Virus record (IMG/VR): IMGVR_UViG_3300032893_000092
Span: 1-46,000 of that record
Origin: a virus
DNA: 46,000 bases
Strand: one strand, 5' to 3'
The translations under genes and the position numbers were made by a program. The first letter of the stretch is position 1. Each line of letters starts with the position of its first letter. Below, one piece after another: positions 16,930 to 24,270 of this stretch. The notes under the pieces are model-generated. The model did not search any database, was not told the origin of the DNA, and saw only the letters and a program-made list of their open reading frames with translations.

Positions 16930-17336
16930 AGCTGGACATCTACAGAGAACACGAGACCAGCCGGTCAATCACCGGCCGATTAGAGATTGACGGTCAAGAA
17001 GAGTGTTTCACGATCGAGCCATCCCGAGACACTCCGGTTCACGCCGGTCACCCTTGTATTCCGGCCGGTCTCTACGACGTGGAGCTCACGCTGAGCCCAC
17101 ACTTCCACTACGTCACACCTGAGATCATGAACGTCCCAGGCCGGAGCTATATCAGGATTCACCGCGCGAACAAGCCAGAGGACCTCCTCGGCTGTACCGG
17201 TGTTGGCGAGAGCTTGGGACCTCAGCCGGACTGGATCGGAGGCTCGAAGAAGGCGTTCGACCAGCTCATGATCATCTTGAATCAGGCTCGCGATAATGGT
17301 GAAAAGATCACCGCGGAATGGCACGATCCGCGGTAA
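16926..17336 (+). CDS. DUF5675-like protein (conserved His/Cys, possible cell-wall enzyme)
   Basis: ATGA overlap at 16926. The pattern ITGRLEIDGQEECFTIEP...IPAGLYDVELTLSPHF...NVPGRSYIRIHRAN..DLLGCTGVG...GGSKKAFDQL matches my memory of the DUF5675 family. Confidence 0.6.
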   Translation: MKLDIYREHETSRSITGRLEIDGQEECFTIEPSRDTPVHAGHPCIPAGLYDVELTLSPHFHYVTPEIMNVPGRSYIRIHRANKPEDLLGCTGVGESLGPQPDWIGGSKKAFDQLMIILNQARDNGEKITAEWHDPR

Positions 17337-17414
17337 CGGACTTCCGGCTGGCGCCGAGACTGGCTTGGTCGCCACAGATCGAAGCGTCAGCCGGGAGATA
17401 TTCAGGAGGCGACC

Positions 17415-17984
17415 ATGATGAACTGGATCGAGAACTATGCTAAGACTCACCTCTTCTACATCATCTTGATTGTAGGAGGAGTGATCGGATTCCGAAGCTG
17501 GCTCGCTGAACACGATCAGCGCCTGGCTTCGGACGCGGCTGTTAAACAGAACCAGGTGATCGTAGCTGATCTTCGCCAACAGATCGCGGCCAGGGACGCG
17601 GCCGCGGCCATCCAGAAAGCCACTGTGGTCAAGATCACCCAGGCCGCGAAGACTCCAGAACAGATCGTCCAGGCGATCCCACAACTGACCGACGTACCAC
17701 TGAACACTCGGATCGTTCCAGGTCTCCAGCCTACCGAGGTCGCTGTCCAGGCTCCGGCTCTTCTACAGCTGGTGAGTGACCTGAAGACCACTTCTATCGA
17801 CCTGGCGACGTGCCAGGGAGACCTGGCCGACGAGAAAAAGATCGCCGCTACTGACGAGGACACGATCAAGGAGCTCCGGAAGAAGCCTAAGTTCTGGGCT
17901 CGCGTGAAGAGTCACGGTAAGGCCGGGATCGTAGGCGCCGTGATCCTGGAAGGTGTGAGAATATGGCTGACCAAACGACCGTAA
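17415..17984 (+). CDS. membrane protein with N- and C-terminal TM segments and a coiled-coil centre (spanin- or holin-like)
   Basis: RBS AGGAGG. TM1 is THLFYIILIVGGVIGF and TM2 is AGIVGAVILEGVRIWL. It lies in the lysis-cassette position. Confidence 0.45.
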   Translation: MMNWIENYAKTHLFYIILIVGGVIGFRSWLAEHDQRLASDAAVKQNQVIVADLRQQIAARDAAAAIQKATVVKITQAAKTPEQIVQAIPQLTDVPLNTRIVPGLQPTEVAVQAPALLQLVSDLKTTSIDLATCQGDLADEKKIAATDEDTIKELRKKPKFWARVKSHGKAGIVGAVILEGVRIWLTKRP

Positions 17985-18151
17985 CGAAGACTTGGTTCGA
18001 CAAGACGAAGGACCTGGTCACCCTGGCGATCCAGGCTGACGCTCACGCGATCTTGATCATCAGCCTAGGCTGTCTGATGGAACTCCACGAAAAAGGATCA
18101 GGCCAGCCGCTGATCATGGCTGGCCTGGCTGTCTTCAAAGGGAAGAGCTAG
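17963..18151 (+). CDS. small two-TM protein (holin candidate)
   Basis: 62 aa with RBS GGAAGGTG. Hydrophobic segments are AHAILIISLGCLM and PLIMAGLAVF. It is the last rightward gene. Confidence 0.4.
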   Translation: MADQTTVTKTWFDKTKDLVTLAIQADAHAILIISLGCLMELHEKGSGQPLIMAGLAVFKGKS

Positions 18152-18192
18152 TTCTCTTAGCTGAGGGTCGAGGGTTATGAAACAGTCACGGT

Positions 18193-18714
18193 TCACGCCG
18201 TCGCCTGAGTTCCTTCGATGAAGCTCCGGACCTTCGCTGGCAATTTCAGCGAGCGGATCGCCTTCCTCACGGCCGAGAACTCACTCAGCTTCTGGTAGCG
18301 TTCGCTCCACTGGTGAAGTTCCTTGTAGGCGCGAGCGATGACCTGGCGCCTCAGTTCTCGATCGCTCATGGCGTGGTTGATGGTCGTGTAGACCTTCAAG
18401 GTCTTCTCACCGTCCTCTACTTCGACGTTGACGAAGCCGCGGATCGTGCGAGCTGGCCTCCCGTCTGTGGCCGGTTCCAGGACGATCACTATCTGGCGAA
18501 GGATGTACCGCGCCTGGTCGAGCCGAAAACGTTCAGCGGCGACGGAGTCGTCCCACTCGAAGCCGTCGTGTAGTGGCGAGGAGCTCTTGCGAGCGTCCTC
18601 TAAGACGATCTCAGGTGTGATCACCCCCTTCTTCTCTTCGAGCTTCTCCAGATGATCGCCACAGGATTGAGCGTCGAGCCGGAGCCGACAGCTTTCTTTC
18701 CACTCGTAGACCAT
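18193..18714 (-). CDS. hypothetical protein (last leftward gene)
   Basis: 173 aa with RBS AAGGGAGG 5 nt upstream of the ATG. It contains PLHDGFEWDDSVAAERFRLDQARYILRQI. I could not assign a family. Confidence 0.6.
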   Translation of the reverse strand: MVYEWKESCRLRLDAQSCGDHLEKLEEKKGVITPEIVLEDARKSSSPLHDGFEWDDSVAAERFRLDQARYILRQIVIVLEPATDGRPARTIRGFVNVEVEDGEKTLKVYTTINHAMSDRELRRQVIARAYKELHQWSERYQKLSEFSAVRKAIRSLKLPAKVRSFIEGTQATA

Positions 18715-18930
18715 AAAAACCTCCCTTTTGAAGTTGTAGTTCCCACCTAGCCGAACCTGCCTAACCCCGCCAGACCAGACCTGACCTCACCTTGCCTGCC
18801 TTGCCATGCCGTGCCTTGCCAAGCCTGACCCGGACGGGCCTTGCCAGACCTTGCCTGCCTCGCCTGCCTTGCCAGACCTAGCCTTGCCTTGCCCTGCCAG
18901 ACCGAGCCTCGCCATGCCTGCCTCGCCTGC
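18715..18930 (-). repeat. G-rich (minus strand) iteron-like array A plus conserved leader box
   Basis: GCCAGACC occurs at 18769, 18843, 18871 and 18896. The 16-mer GCCTGCCTCGCCTGCC occurs at 18853 and 18916. The region is dominated by the words CCTTGCC, GCCTGCC and CCAGACC. The box GGTGGGAAC(TACAAC)TTCAAA (plus-strand coordinates 18727-18747) lies just upstream of the RBS. Confidence 0.8.
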
Positions 18931-19512
18931 CTACTCGACGTGGAACCGGCCGAAGCTCCCGTTCTTCTCAGGACGCCACTCGCCGATCCCGACACCGAAG
19001 CCGGCGATGTTAAAGAGGTTTACGATCTGCTCGGCGCTGAGCACCTTGGAGTTGAACTTCAAGGTGAAGGTCGTCCTCCAGTTCTTGAACTCGCCGCGGT
19101 AGCGAATATCGGCAGTTCCCATCCCGACGCGGACCATGTCCTCACGCGGAGTGGGAGTTCCGTCGATCTTCACCAGGTCACCGTCAATGTGGAACGCGCG
19201 ACGAGCTTCGGTCTTGAACATGTCACAGTCTACAGCGGCTGTTACCGCGGCCGCTTTGACGCCGATCGTGGGGAAGCCGTAACCCTTCCCGTCAGCGAGC
19301 AAGTAGAGCGAGTCCTTGAAGTCCCGCTCCGGGTCCTTCGCTCCCTTCGGCTGTCTGGCCTTCTTCATCTGTGCGTCCAGCATCTGTTTCTTCGCCTTCT
19401 CGCTCCACTGGTGAACGATCAGCGGCGAGTCGCCGACCAGAGTGATTTTGATCTGTTTAATATCGAGCTTTAACAGCTCGACCGTCTGAACTTCCTGTGT
19501 CGTCTTTGCCAT
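18931..19512 (-). CDS. hypothetical 193-aa protein with a C-terminal Gly-rich loop
   Basis: RBS GAGGAG. It is flanked on both sides by the G-rich arrays and ends ...NIAGFGVGIGEWRPEKNGSFGRFHVE. The family is not recognised. Confidence 0.7.
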   Translation of the reverse strand: MAKTTQEVQTVELLKLDIKQIKITLVGDSPLIVHQWSEKAKKQMLDAQMKKARQPKGAKDPERDFKDSLYLLADGKGYGFPTIGVKAAAVTAAVDCDMFKTEARRAFHIDGDLVKIDGTPTPREDMVRVGMGTADIRYRGEFKNWRTTFTLKFNSKVLSAEQIVNLFNIAGFGVGIGEWRPEKNGSFGRFHVE

Positions 19513-19668
19513 ACGTTTATCTCCTCGTTTGAAGTTCCCACCACAGAACTTGGGAGACGGGAAAAATCCCGCACCTCGCCGGACCTGGCCACGCCTCTCC
19601 AGACCACGACTCGCCAGACCTCGCCTGCCACGCCTACACTACCCCACCTATGATGACATGAGTAGCTT
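19513..19668 (-). repeat. G-rich (minus strand) iteron-like array B plus conserved leader box
   Basis: GCCAGACC at 19613, CCAGACC at 19599 and CGCCTGCC at 19622. The same box GGTGGGAACTTCAAA (plus-strand 19528-19542) lies before the RBS. There is a small hairpin, CGGGA-TTTT-TCCCG. Confidence 0.75.
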
Positions 19669-19983
19669 TCATCTCTCCTCCAGAGCCTTCACTCGTGCTT
19701 CCAGACGATCTAGTCTAGCTTTAGGACGACTCGCCAGAGCCTTCTCGATGTCCTCCCGAGTATAGTCGCGCGTCACGCCTGGCGTCTCGATCCCGAGAGT
19801 GTCGTAGAGTTTTACATAGAACTTCAGACGCCGGTACTCGTGGACCTTCCTACGAATCGCGTATCTGATACGAGATACCGGACTAAACAGGAAGTTGACT
19901 AGCTTCCTTCCACGTCTTCCAATAAGGACGTTGATCAACAGTACTACGTTCGTGTTCTTGAGCCTCTTCATTAGAACCTCCAT
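19669..19983 (-). CDS. hypothetical basic protein
   Basis: 104-aa ORF. The alternative ATG at 19971 gives a TAATG junction with the upstream stop. Confidence 0.5.
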   Translation of the reverse strand: MEVLMKRLKNTNVVLLINVLIGRRGRKLVNFLFSPVSRIRYAIRRKVHEYRRLKFYVKLYDTLGIETPGVTRDYTREDIEKALASRPKARLDRLEARVKALEER

Positions 19984-20594
19984 CCTATGAGAGCCTGAGC
20001 CTGGCTGGTAGCAATATGCTGGCTCTTCTGTGTCTGGGTCAGCGGCTTGTTCGAGCGATCGGTCACAGTGATGTGGGCCCAGTAGCCTCCGGCCATCATC
20101 CGGAGGAAGAAGTGACCCTTCACCCAGTAGCCTTGACCCTCGAAGCCGGAGACTCCGTTCATCCAGTCCGTCCCAGGATGGACGTAGAGAACGGTGATCC
20201 GCGAGACGTAGGCTCCTCCAGGGAAGCTCACTCCGAACTTCGGATGGACCTTCGTCTTCGAGTAGGCTGGCGTGTATAGCTTTGACCAGCTAGCGCCTGG
20301 ACCGAACGCGAAGCCGTGGACCTTGACCATCGCATAACCAGCCAGGTAACGGTCGTGTCCGCGGGAGCTGGTGTTAGCATTGTCGTTAGACTTCCCACCA
20401 GTCTCGTATCCAGCCTCGTCGATGGTCAGGAAGTGAGAGCTGTCGAACACCACCCCACCTACAGCCGAGGCTCCGACTACGTCGAAGAGGTTAGCTCCTA
20501 CCGCTATAAATGGCCGCGGAAGAGGAGCCTGAGCTGAGGCTGATACCGACAAGATCACCGACACGATCAGCAAGTTCACGAAGTTCCTGGTCAC
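19971..20594 (-). CDS. outer-membrane beta-barrel protein (OmpX/Ail/Lom-like)
   Basis: It has a signal peptide, MTRNFVNLLIVSVILSVSASAQA, alternating amphipathic strands, and a C-terminal ...ALIGWRF ending in Phe, which is the OMP assembly signature. Confidence 0.6.
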   Translation of the reverse strand: MTRNFVNLLIVSVILSVSASAQAPLPRPFIAVGANLFDVVGASAVGGVVFDSSHFLTIDEAGYETGGKSNDNANTSSRGHDRYLAGYAMVKVHGFAFGPGASWSKLYTPAYSKTKVHPKFGVSFPGGAYVSRITVLYVHPGTDWMNGVSGFEGQGYWVKGHFFLRMMAGGYWAHITVTDRSNKPLTQTQKSQHIATSQAQALIGWRF

Positions 20595-20796
20595 GCTGTT
20601 CCTCCTGGTCGATCAAGTTGACTTCTATAGCACAGACCTGGAGCTTCTCGGTGAGCGTCAGCTGGGTCCAGGTCTTGAACGGCTTCCAGGCTGGCTGTTG
20701 AAGGTTCCAGTGAGCGAGAGCCTTATCCCTAGTAGGACGCCACTCTTCACTGACTGATAGATAGAGCATCTCGTCGGCTGGTCCAGCGTCGATCAT
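20491..20796 (-). CDS. hypothetical protein
   Basis: 101-aa ORF. Its ATG overlaps the upstream stop, and its 3' end overlaps the OMP gene by 104 nt. Confidence 0.45.
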   Translation of the reverse strand: MIDAGPADEMLYLSVSEEWRPTRDKALAHWNLQQPAWKPFKTWTQLTLTEKLQVCAIEVNLIDQEEQRDQELRELADRVGDLVGISLSSGSSSAAIYSGRS

Positions 20797-21068
20797 TGTA
20801 GCGCTCCCTCCGCTCCTAAGATCAAGGCTATCGCTACGGCCTTGTCACTCACTGGGATGCGGTTCTTAGTCAGCTTCTTAGCCTTCTCGATACAGTCGGC
20901 GATAGACATCTGACGGAACTGAGGTAGAGCCAGGAGCTTAGGTCCGACTCCCGGCCGGAGCGTCATCGGTATGTCCGAGGGAGGCTCCACAAAGTTTGTT
21001 CCGTGAGTTGCGAAGTCTTGAGCTCGTTTAGAGACTGTCGGTCTGGTTCTGAAAGCCGTCATGTTCAC
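20793..21068 (-). CDS. hypothetical protein
   Basis: 91-aa ORF with 4-nt overlaps at both ends. Confidence 0.5.
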   Translation of the reverse strand: MNMTAFRTRPTVSKRAQDFATHGTNFVEPPSDIPMTLRPGVGPKLLALPQFRQMSIADCIEKAKKLTKNRIPVSDKAVAIALILGAEGALQ

Positions 21069-21445
21069 TTCACCTCCTGGCTGGCCGCGGCGACGTGATC
21101 CACCCAGGCCGTCTCACAAGGCGACGGCTGGACTCCGGTTTTCCCGAAGCCAGAGTCTGGCCGCTTGGTCGAGAGATGCTGAGCGTGACACCAGCGTCCG
21201 CGCTCTCGGTTCTCCTTCAGGACAGACCAGAGGGTAGGCGTCGTGTCGTAGATCGAACAGCTGGCCAGCGAAGAGCCAGGAGTGTGTTGACACTCGACCG
21301 TCTTCTGGCTCCCGTCGCTGAGGTCTACCGTGGTCTTCGACTCCTGGCCGTAGGCTCTCCATGTCGCCAGGATAATTACCAAGCTGATTAGGATGATCCA
21401 GCGAGCTTGGCGTGGTGTCGTCTGTCCGCTTCCCCAGGCTGTCAT
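21065..21445 (-). CDS. secreted or membrane-anchored Cys-rich protein
   Basis: ATG 21445 follows CAAGGAGAG (MTAWGSGQTTPRQARWIILISLVIILATWRAYG...). It has a signal-anchor and 4 Cys. The upstream part of the track ORF looks non-coding in this frame. Confidence 0.55.
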   Translation of the reverse strand: MTAWGSGQTTPRQARWIILISLVIILATWRAYGQESKTTVDLSDGSQKTVECQHTPGSSLASCSIYDTTPTLWSVLKENRERGRWCHAQHLSTKRPDSGFGKTGVQPSPCETAWVDHVAAASQEVK

Positions 21446-21606
21446 AAGCTCTCCTTGAAGTCCTGAGCCTTCTGAACCAGTTCCCGAGAACGTTCCATCT
21501 TTTGCTCGACTGAGAGCTGGTCCCATCCCATCGCGATCTTCGCCAGCTCTACGGCTCTCGTGTCCTTGTTCAGGTTCGGCCACTCGGTTCTGACTTCGTT
21601 GTTCAT
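21442..21606 (-). CDS. small hypothetical protein (54 aa)
   Basis: Hand-translated as MNNEVRTEWPNLNKDTRAVELAKIAMGWDQLSVEQKMERSRELVQKAQDFKESL. ATGA overlap with the next gene. There is no clear RBS. Confidence 0.3.
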   Translation of the reverse strand: MNNEVRTEWPNLNKDTRAVELAKIAMGWDQLSVEQKMERSRELVQKAQDFKESL

Positions 21607-21655
21607 GTAGACAAGATAGCCTAGGCCGGAAAGTCTGTCGAGATAACTGAGGTAA

Positions 21656-22087
21656 CTAGATCGAGATTACTTGATCGTGGAGTCCTTGGAGCTCCTGGAC
21701 CAGCCAGAGAGCTACTAGGTCTAACCCCTTAAACTGATCCACCTTGAAGAGTACCTCACCGGCTGGGCTCATGACGTAGATGTCTCGCCGCTTCTTCCTC
21801 CAGATGATGTAGACACACCGACCCTTCGCGGCCAGCCGCTTACAGGTCTCGGCCTGGGTAGGAGCTTCCTTCTGGAAGTAGGCCAGCTCTTTCTCTGGCG
21901 TGGTCCACTCGCCGTGTTTAGCTGGCTGGTGGAGCTTGAACTCCATCCACAGAGTACGGCCGTAACCTGTGGCCGAGGAGTCCGGGAGACCCTTCATACC
22001 TACGTCGGCGTGCTTGAAGACCTCCAGGTCCTGGTTCTCGCGGAGCTTCTTCAGGAGTGCCGAGCTGACTGAGCTTTCACTGGCCAT
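21656..22087 (-). CDS. VRR-NUC / PD-(D/E)xK nuclease-like
   Basis: The motif GLPDSSATGYGRTLWMEFK fits (G)xPD...E.K. 143 aa. It lies next to the polymerase gene. Confidence 0.5.
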   Translation of the reverse strand: MASESSVSSALLKKLRENQDLEVFKHADVGMKGLPDSSATGYGRTLWMEFKLHQPAKHGEWTTPEKELAYFQKEAPTQAETCKRLAAKGRCVYIIWRKKRRDIYVMSPAGEVLFKVDQFKGLDLVALWLVQELQGLHDQVISI

Positions 22088-22097
22088 TAGCTACCCT
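22070..22097. repeat. 28-bp direct repeat, copy 1
   Basis: TGAGCTTTCACTGGCCATTAGCTACCCT is identical to 22269-22296. It spans a stop/start overlap junction. Confidence 0.95.
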
Positions 22098-22286
22098 TCC
22101 TTTAGGTTGTGGTTTGAATTGATGGTAGGCTTCATTCGGACATTCTGGACAGTCATCACAGTAGTCCGTATACTCACTATGGTGTGAGGATTGTGGATGA
22201 CCACACAGCATACATCCTTTTTTGAAGTAAGGACCACCCCGAGCAGCTGTAAATAGAGTGGGATGTTTTGAGCTTTCACTGGCCAT
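22077..22286 (-). CDS. small zinc-finger protein
   Basis: 69 aa with CMLCGHP...HH...CDDCPECP. It is bracketed exactly by the 28-bp direct repeat. Confidence 0.55.
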   Translation of the reverse strand: MASESSKHPTLFTAARGGPYFKKGCMLCGHPQSSHHSEYTDYCDDCPECPNEAYHQFKPQPKGRVANGQ

Positions 22287-22296
22287 TAGCTACCCT
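22269..22296. repeat. 28-bp direct repeat, copy 2
   Basis: Identical to 22070-22097. Confidence 0.95.
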
Positions 22297-24270
22297 CCAA
22301 TTAGGTCCGAAGTCTGACTCCCAGAGGAGCGGAACTCGGAGCGGGATGATCTGGTCATCCAGGCGTTCCTGTATTCGGTTCTGGACCTGGGTGTCCGGCG
22401 AGGTGTCGTAGACGAACTCGTCGTGAACCGGAGCTCGAAGCGTCATGTCCAGGTCCTTCCGTTCATTGTAGAGCATGTCGAACTTGAGCTTGAAGATGTC
22501 AGCCGCGCTACCCTGGTCAGCCGCGTTAAAGGCCGAATAGGTCCTCTGTTTCGTAGGGTACCGGCGACGGCGTCCCAGGAGCGTCCTGACGAACCCCTTC
22601 TCCTCGGCTACGCTTCGAGCCTGGTCTACGATCGCCTTCGCCTCTGGGAACTTGTGGTGATACTCGTCCATGATGTCGTTCGCCTTCCGCGCTGGACAGT
22701 TCCCGGCGTGGTAGGCATTGTCCCAGAACTTATTCACTAGCCGGTTCCGTTCGTCGCGCTCTCCCCAGTTAATCCCGCAAGTACAGGCCAGCTTCAGTCG
22801 GCGAGCCAGCTTCTCTCGACCCATCCCGTAGAGAACGCCGAAGTTGTTATGCTTCATATGCTTTCTGAGAGCCTTCAGCTCCTTCATGTCGGTGACGTGA
22901 GGGTTCATCATCTTCGTCACCAGAAGGTGGAAGTCGATCATGGGATCGTCGTTATAGGCCTTGATCAGCTTCGGCGAGTTCGAGTAGTGAGCGAATAGAC
23001 GGAACTCGATCTGGGAGGCGTCCGAGGCGCCTAGGACGCGGCCAAGAGGCGCGATGAAGAGTTCCCGAGTACAGTACTGAGCCAGCTCTGGCATCTTGAG
23101 GAGCTCAGCCATCTCAGCCAGCTCCTCCAGCTGGTCTTCAGCCTTCGGGTTCTGTTGCATATTGACGTTGTACTTACCACCTCCACAACTGAACCGGCCA
23201 GTCACCGTTCCTCGATCCTTCCCGGTCGAGTCCGATCGGAGCTGGTGGAGCGCGAAGTGAACTATATTCTCGGAGTCAGCCGCGGCCAGGAGCTTGTCCA
23301 CGAACTTCGACTTCATCGACCTGATCTTCCGGAGACACAGCACGCGCTGGACGATCGGGTGAGCGACAGTCTCCAGAGCTTCTTCGGAGTAGTTCTCTGT
23401 GTACTCCCTCGCCTCTTCGTCGTAGCTCGTCGGCTTCTTCAGACCGAGATGAGCGAACAGACGATCCATCTCCGGCCGGGAGTCTGGGTTCACACCTAGG
23501 CCGGTCTCGCGGTAGGTTTGCATGAAGACTGTGTCGATGACGTTGTCGAGTTCCCAGCTCCACTTCTCGGCCTTCGCTCGGTCGAGGATCATCCCGTTCC
23601 GTTCCATCTCGACCACACCCAGGACGAGCCGGTCTTCCAGGTCTGAGACCCTCATAAGGTCTTCCGCGGCCAGGAGCGGCCGTGTAGCGTCGTAGATCAT
23701 AAGCGCCTGGCGAGCGTCAGAGATACAGCGGTTCGCGATCTCTCCGGCATGAGCCAGGTAGAACTTCGACGGGTGGATGTCCAGTTCGACCTTCTCCTCG
23801 CCGGAGCCTGGGAGATATTCCTGGACTAGGGACTTCAGGGAGAAGCCAGAATAACGGTTCTCGTCGAGGAGCGCGGCTGTGTAGCCTACGTCGTGAGGGT
23901 GGAACCCGAGCCGGTCAACGTCCTTACCCAGGTTCCGGAGCTGATGGACTTCAGCCTTGATGTTCAGACCGACCAGGTGTCGGCCGCGGAGCTCGTTGTC
24001 TATGAATCGGCTGACCTGTTCGTGGTCGAGGTTACCACCTCCCTCGTGAGCCCAGGGAAGGTACCAGCCTCTCTTCCGCTCCTTCGAGTAGATACCCAGG
24101 GAGAACGGCTGGTCCTTCGTGGGGTTCGATCCTGGCTTGTACTCGAAGTCAAAGCCGATCGTCTCCCCTTCGTAGAGCTGGGGAGGAGCCTCTGGCTTCC
24201 AAGGACAGACCGGCCGCTCGAAGAGGAGCGCCTGAGTCTCATCGTCGTGTTTAGCTCTTATTCTCGACAC
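22276..24270 (-). CDS. DNA polymerase, family A, with 3'-5' exonuclease domain
   Basis: Motif A is DASQIEFRLFAHYS, motif B is RKHMKHNNFGVLYGMG and motif C is VHDEFVYD. The N-terminal IGFDFEY is exo-like. GTG start. Confidence 0.9.
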   Translation of the reverse strand: MSRIRAKHDDETQALLFERPVCPWKPEAPPQLYEGETIGFDFEYKPGSNPTKDQPFSLGIYSKERKRGWYLPWAHEGGGNLDHEQVSRFIDNELRGRHLVGLNIKAEVHQLRNLGKDVDRLGFHPHDVGYTAALLDENRYSGFSLKSLVQEYLPGSGEEKVELDIHPSKFYLAHAGEIANRCISDARQALMIYDATRPLLAAEDLMRVSDLEDRLVLGVVEMERNGMILDRAKAEKWSWELDNVIDTVFMQTYRETGLGVNPDSRPEMDRLFAHLGLKKPTSYDEEAREYTENYSEEALETVAHPIVQRVLCLRKIRSMKSKFVDKLLAAADSENIVHFALHQLRSDSTGKDRGTVTGRFSCGGGKYNVNMQQNPKAEDQLEELAEMAELLKMPELAQYCTRELFIAPLGRVLGASDASQIEFRLFAHYSNSPKLIKAYNDDPMIDFHLLVTKMMNPHVTDMKELKALRKHMKHNNFGVLYGMGREKLARRLKLACTCGINWGERDERNRLVNKFWDNAYHAGNCPARKANDIMDEYHHKFPEAKAIVDQARSVAEEKGFVRTLLGRRRRYPTKQRTYSAFNAADQGSAADIFKLKFDMLYNERKDLDMTLRAPVHDEFVYDTSPDTQVQNRIQERLDDQIIPLRVPLLWESDFGPNWRVANGQ

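Noticed and set aside
16980-17684. 234-aa minus-strand ORF across the DUF5675-like and membrane-protein genes
   Set aside because: It is antisense to two motif-supported plus-strand genes in a uniformly rightward block. Its composition is low-complexity and Arg/Leu/Asp-rich.
18152-18192. Bidirectional terminator expected between the convergent late and early blocks
   Set aside because: I could not draw a convincing GC-rich hairpin or T-tract in the 41-nt gap. Termination may be Rho-dependent or may rely on structures inside the coding ends.
18715-18930. CRISPR array or sigma54 promoter cluster in the G-rich arrays
   Set aside because: The units are only 7-16 nt, degenerate and contiguous, with no unique spacers, so this is not a CRISPR array. 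The TGGCA words lack a correctly spaced TTGC -12 element on the same strand, so these are not sigma54 promoters.
18747-18995. 82-aa minus-strand ORF (..ARQARQAWRGSVWQGKARLG..) inside array A
   Set aside because: It is simply a translation of the GGCAGGC/GGCAAGG repeats. It overlaps the 3' end of the 193-aa gene out of frame and has no RBS.
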